The translations under genes were made by a program, and so were the position numbers. Shown here in pieces: positions 51,701 to 64,000 of a stretch of DNA of 64,000 bases; within the stretch, counting starts at the first letter, position 1; the number at the start of each line of letters is the position of its first letter. The stretch comes from Rhina ancylostomus (Eukaryota), in assembly GCA_030265395.1 (NCBI GenBank), contig JARFYF010000074.1, positions 39,681,135-39,745,134 of the forward strand. The letters run 5' to 3'. The notes beneath the pieces were generated by a model. The model searched no databases. It worked only from the letters and a program-made list of their open reading frames with translations, and had not been told where the DNA came from.

Positions 51701-53863
51701 TGAGGGGCGACCGGCGCTAGATGAGCAATTAAATCAGATTAAGGCAGTCTTTAAAGAGGCGGCTGGCGTGATTGATAACCGCGAACACATTCTNNNNNNN
51801 NNNNNNNNNNNNAAAAGAAACGCTTAAACACAAGGCTCTTGGAGAGTTCCACCAGCATGAACCAAATCATATAAAAAAAACTTCGGCAGGAGTTTGCCTC
51901 TAAATACCTTCCGCCCTATCGTCTTTTAATATTAAAAATCCACAGGAGTGGCAGACACTGTATTAATTAGTGCACCCACCCGTGAAAACTGGGTTTAAAA
52001 CAGAATTCTCTTTCCTTGCGTTTGCCCAGTCTCAGTAATTAAACATGCTTAATTGGTATGCTGCCTGTGGAAATAGTGCAAACTTAAAATAATGCTTTTC
52101 ATATTGCACAGTAATTACAGAGTAGAACCCTTTTAAAGCAATAGACAAAATCAAAGAAAGTATAAAAAGGCCTTTCAAGAGTTACAGGAACCTAATAAAG
52201 TATGTCTGTATGGTGCTCTACTTTGCCCCCAGCTACAGCCAGAGTGGAGCCAAAGCAATCAACTTGAATAAAATAATAGCATTCCTTTTCTCATGCAATT
52301 CCATGCTCCCAGTGCAAACTAAAATTATTTTCTCAATTTTCTAAATTATGAGGTGTGACTTCAAAGGTAATCGACTCCACTGACAGATGGCACTGGATGT
52401 TGTTTACTTCATTTTGCAAAACATTATTTCTTATTAGTGCACCAAAGAGCTTTGATGTATGAATACTTAATTATCACAACAAACACTTCATTTTGTAGTA
52501 ATTTTGATCTTATTGCTAATAATTCCCAAGTTGAAGTTAGCTTTGAAACCTACTTTGCTACATTCACACATTATTAATACCTTTCAAATGTTTTTTTTCA
52601 ACCCTGATCTCAATCTTCTATGTACTGAATGATTTAATTTCAGTTTTAACATGGTTGGCCAAATGAATAAAACTTAACAATGAGTATGCTTATATATTGC
52701 ACTTTGTGTCAAAATCATATAGTCCATTTATCCAATAGAAAGGAGCCTTGACTTGAAGGGTAATGTGTCATTTGGCATTGAATTTCATTGACTTTTGATG
52801 CAGCAAATAAAATGTATTGATAGTCCCCATAAAAATATAACATTGCCTAGTTATACAAAGAAAATAAAAACCTGCATACTCCAAGAGACCAGATGCATTG
52901 ATTGTATTTGTACAAGTTAAAATCTGAATATGTCAATTGTTGAAAACAAAACCTGGTGGAATATCCCTCCACTTTTCTGGGATAAGTGGACTGAAATGAA
53001 TTATTATTATTGGTTCTAACAGGGTGTGGAAAATATCTCGTGGCAGAAACAGAGTTTGAATTGTCTGACCTTTGGAAATGCACAATTTACTGCAAAACAC
53101 CAGAAGTTAAATTACATGTGAAATGAAATTGATACAAAATGATGTTGAGCTCCATGTTTACACTGATTAGCAACAAACCATTTTCCATCAAAGCAAGTCC
53201 CTGAATAAATTTTATAGGTTAGAATTGTAAGTTCAAGTGTACCATTTATATCCACTGATGTGCTTTAGGAAACGATATCCAAGATGTGATCTCATCAGGT
53301 TTTCATTATATTAGGTATCTGGTTCATTAATTTAGCCTGATTCTACTAGCATTTGATTCAAGACGACTTTGAAATGCTAAACCCTGCATTATGTCATGTT
53401 GAAACATAGATGTCAAGGAAGGGAAATTACATTATTTTAAACTTGACACCAACTGATATATAAAAAATGTTTTTCTGGCTTGTCACAGAAGGAAAAAAAT
53501 AGCACTTAAAAAGTTTGTCCTGACTTGGTGGGCTGGGGAACAGAATGAAGGTATGAATCCTTAAATATGGAAAATAAACCCCATTTCCAGCTAAGCATCT
53601 GCAAAGGAGTAGGTGTTTATAACTTACTTTAACAAGATTGCAAAATGTCAAGCAGTTCAAAAGGTTTACTTTGAAACACTTTTGTGTCCAATCCAGTGAA
53701 TTTAGCATGAATAATAGCAATCACTTTTCTCAGTAAATACTGTTTTAAGCACATTGTCCCATCGGTGTGTGTTTGTTTCAGGTGCACTTATGTTCATGTA
53801 TCAGGGGTGTAATAATGAAAACTAGATGGACCAGTGCAGTGTAATATTCAACAATTATTTTAA

Positions 53864-53869
53864 TTTATT
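53864..53869 (-). terminator. Candidate msx2 polyadenylation signal (AATAAA, followed by an ATTAAA overlapping it by one base)
   Basis: Minus strand reads gtgAATAAAttaaaata, about 160 nt after the stop codon, within an AU-rich tract. Confidence 0.55.
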
Positions 53870-54028
53870 CACAAATATAATGAATATAAGAAATAATAAA
53901 TCTCCATATATATATAAAATAGTACATAATATCCCTTTCAAAGGGATAGCAATCAAAACAACGTTAAAAGCGCTGGCATCGTTTCAAATATATTTGAAAG
54001 TTTTGAGTCTTCTATATTGATTTTGTTT

Positions 54029-55465
<1,437 letters not shown>

Positions 55466-55559
55466 GGCGAGTAATAAAATGACATAAAAAAAAGTTACAA
55501 TTCTGGAGAAAGTGATCCTTTACCAAACTAAGCAACTTCCACAACTAAAGGGTCAGGGA

Positions 55560-55820
55560 GGCATGGAACAGCAGTAAAGGTTGCAAAACTTTACAAGGGG
55601 GCGAAACTTTCAGCCAATCAACGACGTCTGGCCGGGTGGTGCTGCCGAGCTGCCAATGCGATTGGTTGTTGAAAGTGCCAGTAGCAGTAAATGATCGTTT
55701 TAAATAAATTAGTCTTTAATCAGATGGGCCACTCGCTGTGATGGGTTAGTGATAGCTGTGGGGCTCTAATCTCATTGTAAACATGAAGCTAATTAAGTGA
55801 AAAGGGAAGCCGCCGTCACT
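55560..55820 (-). promoter_or_regulatory. msx2 proximal promoter
   Basis: Three CCAAT boxes (55614, 55653, ATTGG at 55661), CpG-rich, and a TAAT/Sox/Fox/Nkx motif cluster at 55767-55799, about 100-350 nt upstream of the ATG. Confidence 0.65.
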
Positions 55821-56049
55821 TTTTCCCCACCCATCCCCCCCCGAAACAAAAATTATGGGTGCAAGAAAAAAGCAACCCCTCAAAAAACTTAACAAAGGAC
55901 AATAAATGTGGGGAAAGAATGGATGTAATACTTTCTTCTTTGCGCCCGAAGCCACCTGTTCTGAGAACTGTCTGCCTTGCTAATTGCGTGGATAAACAGT
56001 CTGTCACGATTAGTCAGCAGGGTGAAGAGGCAGTCAAGTGAGGTTGTTT

Positions 56050-56200
56050 GTAGGCGCCAGGATCGGCGACATCAAAGGCAATCTCCTTGGGGGACGCCGT
56101 GGAAAGTTTGGCCGGCTCCAGGAGCGACCCGCCCCCGCCGAACACGCCTCAACCCCCGGGCAGAGCTGATTCCAGAGCCCGTCCTGGCTTTGAAATCAAG
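56050..56200. promoter_or_regulatory. Candidate BMP/Wnt response element upstream of msx2
   Basis: GGCGCC (56053-56058), GGCG (56065), TCF/LEF ACATCAAAGG (56069-56078), GC-rich CCCGCCCCCGCC, CTTTGAA near 56188. Confidence 0.45.
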
Positions 56201-59200
56201 GATGGGAAAAGAAAGCGAGCAAAAAGAACACAGCGTAAAAGCTTGTAAAACACCAGCTTGCCAGTAGGGTTTAAAGTGAACATCCTGAATGTAAAATGCA
56301 TGCCGTCAAATGCATTCCAATACAGTGTTTATTAGTACAGTGAAAAGATCTAATGGCAACATACTATTTTTTCCTCAAAAATACCCTAATTATTTAATAG
56401 CAAGAGTAAAATCTCTCAAAAATCACAGCTGTGGTGTATTCACAATTAGTTCTCCTAAGATAGTTCTGTGTGTGTACATATCACAATTGAACAAAATTCT
56501 TCAACAGATTAGGATGAAATATTATTCTCAATTTTCCGTTTCAAAAGTAAATAAAAGTAGTATGTACTCCTGAGGTTTGTATCACGCTCTGATATCTTGT
56601 CGAAGGCTACATTTTGGAATGAATTGGACTTGTCCTAATGCAACCCTGCGGCAGTTTGTACGCACAGGTGCCGACAGGTGATGTACGCTATCAAATATGA
56701 CGTGCGATGTGCACAATCTGAAACCTTTAAATTGAGTAAAGATACTTTTGCTATACCGACATTTTAAAGTGTATCTATTGTTCACTGAAGAGTAATGAGT
56801 TCTAATTTCAATAGTAACGGTTTCATCATTTCAAAGCTACAGAAACGGAACAGCCCAGAAATCCAATCGGAGAGATCACCTTTTAATCAGTATGGAGGGA
56901 ATAGAATAAAACAAACATTTCTATAATTCGTCCACTATTCCCACTACATATCAATGCCTTTCTTCTAGTTTTTGATTATAGAATATGAGGTGTAAGTGGC
57001 ACGTATTTTCATTTTTTCTACTACTTGTAAAGTACCATAGTTATCGATATATTACAAAACAATGGTCTCCCTATAGTATAACGTTCGTTCCTTGAAATGC
57101 TTCCGCAATTACGTTAACGCTGTAGATTTTGACTATACGTGTAACAAAAAGGACATACCGAACGAATCGTTGCTGTTAGTCAAATTCACTTGGCAAAGGT
57201 TGCGACGAATTTTTTTTTAATTGCGATTCTCGTCAGATGCGAGTCTTATAAGTACAGTACACAATAATATGCATCATGAATGTATTGGTGAGCAACTGTA
57301 ACGGGCAACAGTGGTACTGAAATTGGTTCACGTGTAAACCGTTAAACAAACTGTTTCAACGCAAAGGCTGTTAGAATCGTTCAGGTCAAATCTTGTCGTA
57401 TACGCTCTATGAAGTAATATTCATTGATTCATTGATATTCAATAATATTCATTGATACTTTCCCTACCAATTCTTCACATTTCCACTTACGCCATTAAAT
57501 TCTGATCTTTTCCCATCACCTTTCATACTTCAACGCAATGCACTGTGAACCTAGTTCTTTAAATTCAATCAAGCTTTCAAATTTACTCACACTCATTTAA
57601 TATAAGTTATAAATTTAGTTTAGGAATTAAGACGATTGTCGTTAAAATGCTGATTAGTTTTCTAATCAGTTTTCAATGCGGAATGCATCGTGTTTCCCTT
57701 AATGGTCAAGCAATTCTTTAAGGTATATATCAAACTACACGCAATCGCTATCGCATTGGATTAATAACACAAGAATGTCCTAAAGTGTTATTGCATTTGA
57801 ATACAAGGATAAAATGCCCTGTTTTTCGCTGATGATAAATTTGCACATTTTAATCGATTGTTTTTATTAATAATTCGCCCACTGCTATTGCCAGTTTTTA
57901 AGTTTTACGGAGTTAACTGACAAATATTCGCTAAGTAAGCCTTAACAATGGGGTCGAATTGACATGGGGTAAAACCGAGTCGTCGCTATTAAACCTTCCA
58001 CACGTGTCAGTATTTTACCGAACTGCAGACTCTTCTCAATTTTGTGGAAGCAACACATCTAAACGACAAGCAAACTGCACATTTACTGTAAAGAAGATAC
58101 GTATTATATGTATTTCATACGGAATTATATCTGACGCAAATCAAATAATTCATCCCGTGCAGCAACAGGATATTATTTGATGATTAGAGACTAAACGTAT
58201 TTAAAATCAGCAATGCATTCGAATGGAATAATCTTTCTTTCGAGCACAACAATGAACGATCTATTCAATTTTATACATTATTGTTCCTTCAGTTTCATTC
58301 CTAAGTAACTGTACAGCTGTAAATGTTAGATCTAAATTTATCTAGATGCGCACATGTTACCAGTCTGTATTTTTTTTCAATTTTCGTAAAGTCGGACTTT
58401 AACATTTGATTGTATCCAAAATAATTCCGGTGTCAAATTTACACAAGTCCTTTACAATTTTTTTTAAAGAGAAAGGAAATTAAGGATGCTTGATTCAGCA
58501 ACACCTCAAGGGTTGAGGCAATCTAATTAGTACGGAAACGTCGATGAATGTAAATATATTTTAGTGAGTTTATAGAAGATGCAATTTGTGGGGGATCAGT
58601 ATGGTCCACCGCTGAAATCCTAGAATCAAGTAATAGGATTTTCTCCAAATTAAACCGTGTACTTAGAAGCATGGTGTGTTTATGCGTTTATGCATTATGT
58701 ACATAGCCTAAGTAACTAAGTACAGTTAAAATATTCTATCATATGGGCAAATATTGATAATTCAGTGAGAAAAGTACAAGGAATAGATCAAATTAAGTAT
58801 TTTAATGTCAACCGATTTTACTATTGTTTTAAAAATATTAATATTAATGCAGGAAATATGTTTGGAATACCATCTGTTTAAATACCATCTAATCAGCATT
58901 GTACATTATATAATTAGATGCACTGACGAATGGACATACACTATTTTACTGGAAATGCCATGTAAATTATAAACATATTGTGAAAGAAATCATGTAGATT
59001 TTTACCATATGCAAGAGTGAGCATTCTTCTATCTGGGCTTTTAGTTAAAAAAATGTAAGTGCTTTCACCAAAGAACATACTGTGGATTGGTTGACCTACT
59101 CACATCACTAATTTGGCCATTGTCTTTTTAAATATGTTAAGTTCACTCTCTGGATTTCTTTTCTCTAACATGTTTGGTAAACATTGAAACCACAGACCAT

Positions 59201-59934
59201 AACAGTAGCTCTGCTACTGTAAAGAGTATGGTAACAATCTTCTCACAGAAAGCAGTCATTAACGAGAGGCAGAAGTTTTAAGGAAAGTGACCAGCCAAGG
59301 CTGCATGATGAAAGTAATCAAAAATATTAAAACACGTACTTGCAATCCAACTAAATTTTTAGCTTTTGTTGAGAATTTAATTCTACAATTATGAGCAAAA
59401 CAGCCATGGGTGATTTCTAAAATTTAAGCATCAATGAATATAAAATTTAAATTCTTTGTAAAATGATTGCTTTCTCTGGCAAGTTTAAATTGATTTAACA
59501 AAAATACTCTTCCACCAGAATGAATCGGATATTATAGATTGTATGTTTAGAGAGGCACAGATCATCCATTTCAATTAAAGGAACTGGATAGGTCAGAAGA
59601 CTTTATCATAATTAACTGAATGCCTAAAGCAAAGTAATTTTACATTTGATAATTTGGTATTTGGGAGGGAGGAGGATGCTTATTGGATTCTTTTGATGAT
59701 GCTGGCCCTCAATTTGAGTACAATTGGAGAGGATGAGACATCAATGAATAACTCTAACTGCCATTATCTGGAAATATGGAAATGACGTATACTTTTTTTT
59801 GAAAAAAACTGTGAAGATATATACAACCTTATCGTATCCCACAGAAAACAATTAACTGGATGAAAGCCACTCTGAAAATTAATAAGGCAGATGTGGAGGC
59901 CATATTTAGTTCAAGAGGATCCCAGAAATAGTGA

Positions 59935-60125
59935 TGAAACAAATTTATTTGTGGTGGTATTGTTGAGAGACAAATATTGGCCAGGGAACTATGAAAGCAC
60001 TACTTTTCTTTGAGCAATAATACTGGTCATATTAGAATAAGCAGAGAGGGGTTCAGCTTTATGTCTCATCCAAAGATCAGCATCTCCAAAATTTTCTTAG
60101 TACTGTAATGGATTGTCGGTATGTA
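59935..60125 (-). mobile_element. Deu-domain SINE fragment about 4.5 kb upstream of msx2
   Basis: gttgagagacaaatattggccaggga...gcagagaggggttcagctttatgtctcatccaaagatcagcatctcc. Confidence 0.6.
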
Positions 60126-60614
60126 CTAGTGAGGATTAAACAGGAATGTTAACTATTAACTTACGCTATTAAAACTAAGAATAGGGAGGGCTCTTCAGTG
60201 CAACTTGAGATAGTCAGCATCAATATCCACTAAACATTTGTCATGTTGACTATTGGGGAAGTCTATTGACTGAACATTTTGCTAATCAATGTGAGGCTAT
60301 TTAAAAATCAGTTGTTGACATTTAATAATATTTTGCAATTATTTCATTACTAATTGTGCCATTGTGCGATTCTTTGTTTAGGGATTTGTTGAATCTTCAG
60401 TGTAGCATCTTTAAACAGGAGTTATCTTGATTTTATTTCTTATTAGTTTTAACTTATTAGTTTTTAACTGGGTACGTTTTGTATTCAAACCTGATTCTTT
60501 AAAATCTGCTCCATTCAGTCTGAGGCAGATTTGAGAGCTATCAGATTGAGGGGAAGTGATGGTTATCTTCCTAATTAGCCCGGTTCTTTAAATACATTAA
60601 ATGCATTCTGCTTT

Positions 60615-60735
60615 TCTTTTTACTACCTCAATGTACTTATGTGTGGCTTGATCTGACTGGAAGGCATGCAAACAAAAGCTTTTCATTGTATCTCAGTACA
60701 TGTGACAATCATAACCCAATACCAATAAACCAATA
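60615..60735 (+). mobile_element. Rex1/Babar-type tail
   Basis: gcaaacaaaagcttttcattgtatctcagtacatgtgacaat followed by (ccaata)n. Confidence 0.7.
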
Positions 60736-61449
60736 NNNNNNNNNNGTGTATATGTATGACCGACATTGCACTATATTTCTGTGCAATGTCGGTCATACAT
60801 ATACACACCCACAGAAAACTATCACTTTACGTAGAATAATTGCAGAAATCTTGACTTTAATCTTGAAGAAGGGAAAAAATTGCATGCATATATAAATGTT
60901 GCAGAGTGGTTGTTCTTTTGTTAAAACTTCTTTTGCTGCTGAAAGGGTGATGACAGGTCACACATCGAACTGTCCCACCAGTATCCCTTCATATATAAGT
61001 TTCAGTCTGGAGAGAGATCATAATATAACTGTTTTCTTTGTATTATTTTCCTTCAGAGCTAGATTTCAACTTATATGTTTTTGTAGGTTGCTTTAATTTC
61101 TGATGTACATAGTTAGGAACCCAGTGAAGAAGAAAATAAACAAGGAGAATGTTTAAAGAATATTTAGGAAAAGCGTAAGAATACTAGATGAAAATAGTGA
61201 GTTTAGATTAGATGAAACAATTAGTATTAAACTGTGAGGGAAAGAAGAAAGAGGAAATGACAAAGAAAAGAAGTGAAGCATACAAATTATATTACTCTAA
61301 TTTATATTGTTTTAAAACTGTTAAAGTTGATCAGGATCTGAAAGGAGTATGGTTTTATTCCCACATCAAGGTAAAGATAGTCTGTATTATTACAATCCAA
61401 GATTCCAGCCATATACCTAATTGGTGTAAGATCCCAATGCACTGTATAG

Positions 61450-62470
61450 TAACATAAAGTCATTGAATGGTTACAGCACAGAAGGAGATTATTTAACTCA
61501 TTATGTCCTGGCTGACTTTCTACCAGACTAACTCTCCAGGAGCACCCACTATCCTTTTCTCTGTGACTTAGCAGATTTTTCTCTACCATATATTTATCCC
61601 ATTCCTTCTTGAAAGCCACAATGGAATATACCTCCACCTTATTTGCAGGCTGGGTATTCTGGATTCCTACCATTTTCTTCATCAAAAGAGTTTTTCCTTA
61701 TGTCATTCTTTATTTTGTTCCTCTTTATTTTATACCTGTGACTTCTAATACCTGACTCCTCTGCCAAAGGGAACAGCCTCCCACTGTCCACTCCATCCAG
61801 ATGCCTCATCATNNNNNNNNNNNNNNNNNNNNNNNNNNNNNNNNNNNNNNNNNNNNNNNNNNNNNNNNNNNNNNNNNNNNNNNNNNNNNNNNNNNNNNNN
61901 NNNNNNNNNNNNNNNNNNNNNNNNNNNNNNNNNNNNNNNNNNNNNNNNNNNNNNNNNNNNNNNNNNNNNNNNNNNNNNNNNNNNAACTGAACATACTACT
62001 CCACTTGAAGCCAGACCAGTGTTTTATGAAGCTTCAGCATAAACACCATATCTCTGTTGATAATTGTGCATCCCTTATCAACTGCTTTCTCAACCTGCAC
62101 TGCCACTTTCAATGATTTGTTCTCTGCTCCTGCAATTCTTTTAGAATAATATGCTTTATTCTATGTTGCTTCTCCTCATTCTTTACACCAAGATATATCA
62201 CCTTACATTCCTCCGCATGAAAATTCATTTGCTATTTGTCAGCCCAGTTCAGAAAATGCTGCAATCTACCACTATCCTCTTCACAATTTACAACGCTGCC
62301 AAGTTTTGTGTCATCCACAAATTTAAGAGTTGTGAATTCCACTCCCAAGTCTATGTCATTAATAGATATATATATATATATATAAAAGAAATGCATTGAC
62401 CCTAACACCGATCCTTGGGGAGTGCCATTATTCACCTTCCTCCAGTGGGGAAAAAAGTAACCATTCTTCC
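61450..62470 (-). mobile_element. CR1 LINE RT to 3' end, degenerate, gapped
   Basis: GTPQGSVLG...INDIDLGVEFTTLKFVDDTKLG; AFKKEWDKYM. Confidence 0.8.
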
Positions 62471-62479
62471 CAAAACATT

Positions 62480-62890
62480 GACCTTGGTCCTGATGCAGGG
62501 TCCTGACCCAAAATGTTGACTAAGACATTTCATATGCCGCTTGGGTAGCTTACAGACCAATAGTATGAACATTGAATTGTCCAATTTCAGATAACCCACA
62601 GCCCTGGTGTTCTCCCCCCCCACACACACACCTGTCCACCTGGTTTCCTTCTCCCTTTGTTCACTTCTCTCATCCCCACCCCCATCCAAGTTCCATCTGC
62701 CCATCATCTCCTCCCCATCTGGCTCCACCTATCACCTACCAGCCCCAATCCCACCCCCTCCATGCTGTAATGTACTGGCAATCATCTTGTACCCTCTCAG
62801 TTCTGATGCAGGATCTCAACCCGAAATGTTGAGATTCGCCACTTTGCCTCCACACTTGTTGATTGACCCTCTGAATTCTTCCAACATTCC
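62480..62890 (+). mobile_element. Penelope-like element 3' end
   Basis: HFICRLGSLQTNSMNIELSNFR* (Penelope ORF terminus), pyrimidine-rich UTR, repeated tgatgcagg..cc.aaatgttga. Confidence 0.7.
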
Positions 62891-62999
62891 ATTTCTCCAG
62901 GTTACTATTAATCTTGGATCAATGTTTCTTAAAGCTTTCCCACCATTGAAGTTAAACTGATTGGCCTGTAATATTATTTATTTTTCCTCTTGGAGTTTT

Positions 63000-63620
63000 G
63001 ACCTAAAATAGCAGCTTGTACCTAACAAAACAAACTACCCAAGAACACTTCGCAAAGGACACAGGCAACGGTCGGAGAAGGGTGAGAATGATGGGGAGTA
63101 CAGGAAGGTGAAATCACAATGGTTGATCTTGATAAGAAGTTGAAGAAGCCAGGAGAAATACCAAAGCCAAAGGATTTCAGGAAGAGCTTGGGTTGATATT
63201 ATTGAAGGTTCTGGGCTGAGCATCGAATGAAAGATGGGGTGGCAATGTGAGGCAGTAATGGTGGGTCTGAGTGTGGGTGGATTCATGGTTTGTGGTGGAG
63301 GTACAATAATGCTGTAGTTGAAAGAGGAAAGAGTACATGCAGAAGGATTCAGCTGATGGGGGGTTACAAAAAAAGGAAGGGCCAGGTTAGAGAGGGATTT
63401 ATAGGTAAGGATAAAGTCTTCAAAATTGATGCATTGAAGGAGAACCAATGAAAGTATGCGTGCAAAGCAAGAATGACTTAAAGCCAGGTAAAATATTGGC
63501 AGCACAGACAGCAATTTGTGAAGAGTGGAGCTGAGACTCTGGCCAGGAAAATGTTGAAAAAGTAAAGTCTGTAATGGAAACGAAGGCCATTGATAATGTC
63601 AAATTGCCAATCCTGACTTG
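63000..63620 (-). mobile_element. L2 LINE fragment
   Basis: Minus-strand peptide ARILS...INFEDFILTYKSLSNLALP resembles L2 ARI....I.FKILLLTYK.L..LAP. Confidence 0.6.
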
Positions 63621-64000
63621 TTGGAGATATGATTTAGCTGTTCAGTTAAGGTTTCCAATACATCATTATTTGTTTCTTTATTTTAAGGGACAATATTTCA
63701 ATATGGTCTTTGCTATGATGATGTTGATTAATTCAGTGTTTTAAATCACTACTATTTACACCTAAAGTCAGCTAATTACTATTCAGTCTCACTTTGAAGA
63801 CTTCCTATTAAAATATTTTACGGAAGATATTGGTTAATGAAAACAATGCTTAAATACTGAAGTTGACCATCAGATCTTTCGCATGAGTCCCAATGTCTCC
63901 AATATTGCTGGCACGTCCTTCTTCATTGTACCGGGGAGGGGCTCAACCTCATGCTGATCACTCCCTTTGTGCTTCCAATGTCTTGATGTCCTCTCAACCA

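Noticed and set aside
52377-52395. CTCF-like sequence ctgacagatggcac (also gccaccagcggttg at 49134)
   Set aside because: Three mismatches to the CCASYAGRKGGC core in each case, too weak to call
57410-57460. Short (tattcattga)n micro-repeat, and the tattagtttt duplication at 60441-60469
   Set aside because: Ordinary slippage products in AT-rich DNA

Overview
Vertebrate genomic DNA, most likely from a cartilaginous fish (shark or ray), judging by the repeat inventory: HE1/V-SINE, SacSINE1/Deu-SINE-like, CR1/HER1, Rex1/Babar, Penelope, Tx1, RTE and Harbinger relics. The assembly is a draft with about 17 N-gaps. The only protein-coding gene I can support is msx2 on the minus strand: 2 exons, join(55465..55090, 54453..54029), 266 aa, with a 636-nt GT-AG intron. 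About 54 kb on its 3' side is a gene desert of decayed transposons with several motif-dense candidate enhancers. The strongest unexplained signal is a sharply bounded, two-part CpG-retaining domain (about 44.37-52.0 kb and 53.96-58.7 kb) that is AT-rich and repeat-poor, consistent with a germline-hypomethylated DNA methylation valley. A repeat copy inside this domain keeps three CpGs that are decayed in sister copies outside it. I found no evidence for a new gene system. Repeat family names come from motif or peptide recognition by eye, and repeat boundaries are approximate.
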